Below, piece after piece: positions 63,573 through 64,000 of a stretch of 64,000 nt of DNA. Under the pieces are notes generated by a model. That model ran no database searches. It saw only the letters and a program-made list of their open reading frames with translations, and was not told where the DNA came from. The DNA lies in NCBI GenBank assembly GCA_943370275.1, contig CALRQI020000005.1, positions 1,541 through 65,540 of the forward strand, read 5' to 3'. This stretch comes from a bacterium Ga0077546. Its GTDB lineage: Bacteria; Cyanobacteriota; Vampirovibrionia; Obscuribacterales; Obscuribacteraceae. Position numbers and translations under genes: made by a program. Each line of letters begins with the position of its first letter. Position 1 is the stretch's first letter.

Positions 63573-64000
63573 ATGAAAGTTTTACAGAGCGCTAGTAGAG
63601 CATTTTCCGGCCAATCCCGCTGGCCTATTCCCCTTATGCTCGCTCTATTGCTTAGCATTAACGCCTCATTTGGCCTCCATGCAGCGGACGAAAGGGAGTT
63701 CTGGTATTGCCCGCCTCATTTAGCATCACTGAAAAGGCAGATAGAGAGCCAAACTCAAAACGATAACTTCGATACTGTAGTTAGCCTTGCCACAAAGGCA
63801 ATCGCTGCCAGCCCTAAAACAGCAAGCTTTTACGCCAAACGAGCAGAGGCCTACCTAATATTAAACAAACCCGACCTGGCAATGGCAGACTTAACCACCG
63901 CCGCAAAACTGCAGCCGAAGATAGGATGGCCACTAATCGCCAGAGGTCGTATCTATGATAGCCAGGGCAAAGACGCACTGGCATTGGCCGATTACAACCG
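63573..64000 (+). CDS. Secreted TPR-repeat protein, N-terminal part (runs off the window)
   Basis: The frame is open from the ATG at 63573 to the window end. It has a signal-like MKVLQSASRAFSGQSRWPIPLMLALLLSINASFGLHA and a TPR unit AKRAEAYLILNKPDLAMADLTTAAKLQP. It is not in the ORF track because it is open-ended. Confidence 0.75.
   Translation, partial: MKVLQSASRAFSGQSRWPIPLMLALLLSINASFGLHAADEREFWYCPPHLASLKRQIESQTQNDNFDTVVSLATKAIAASPKTASFYAKRAEAYLILNKPDLAMADLTTAAKLQPKIGWPLIARGRIYDSQGKDALALADYN

Noticed and set aside
1-64000. CRISPR arrays, tRNA/rRNA genes, transposases, integrases, prophage or toxin-antitoxin modules
   Set aside because: I scanned the intergenic regions and ORF translations. 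I found no spaced direct-repeat array, no tRNA-like T-loop/acceptor pattern, no rRNA-like stretch and no recombinase or transposase motifs. The only tandem repeats are the short ones reported above.

Overview
This is a gene-dense stretch of a bacterial chromosome with about 60 CDS on both strands. GC looks roughly balanced by eye, and I cannot assign a lineage from the sequence alone. The backbone is housekeeping: dnaK (5' part, running off the left edge), ffh-rpsP-KH protein, gcvH and gcvT, murD-ftsW-murG, a YebC-family regulator, gltX-cysS, an acyl-CoA dehydrogenase and an HD-domain dNTPase-like protein. Many secreted or lipoprotein TPR and low-complexity proteins lie between these. Five blocks look accessory. 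(i) A translationally coupled 8-gene, ~10.4-kb minus-strand operon (41738-52153) is my best candidate for an undescribed envelope glycoconjugate pathway. It combines three GT-C-like polytopic membrane proteins (one fused to a uridine-kinase/PRK-type P-loop kinase), a HAD phosphatase, a class II aldolase/epimerase-fold protein, a tandem double sugar-phosphate nucleotidyltransferase, a Dpm1/ArnC-like GT2 and a GDPD/PLC-like phosphodiesterase. (ii) A MerR-like HTH gene is coupled to a large cytoplasmic VIT-vWA protein (6429-9723). (iii) Two paralogous secreted TPR + tandem-retropepsin proteins flank a GT2 (16706-20078). (iv) A canonical arsR-arsC-acr3-arsD-arsA operon carries a ~14-bp x5 tandem repeat over its promoter and start codon. 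(v) An ArsR-family regulator is divergent from rhodanese-DUF2892 and CoA-disulfide-reductase-rhodanese genes, which suggests persulfide handling. I recognised no rRNA, tRNA, CRISPR array, transposase/integrase or prophage genes. All family calls come from motif recognition by eye on the supplied translations; no database search was run.
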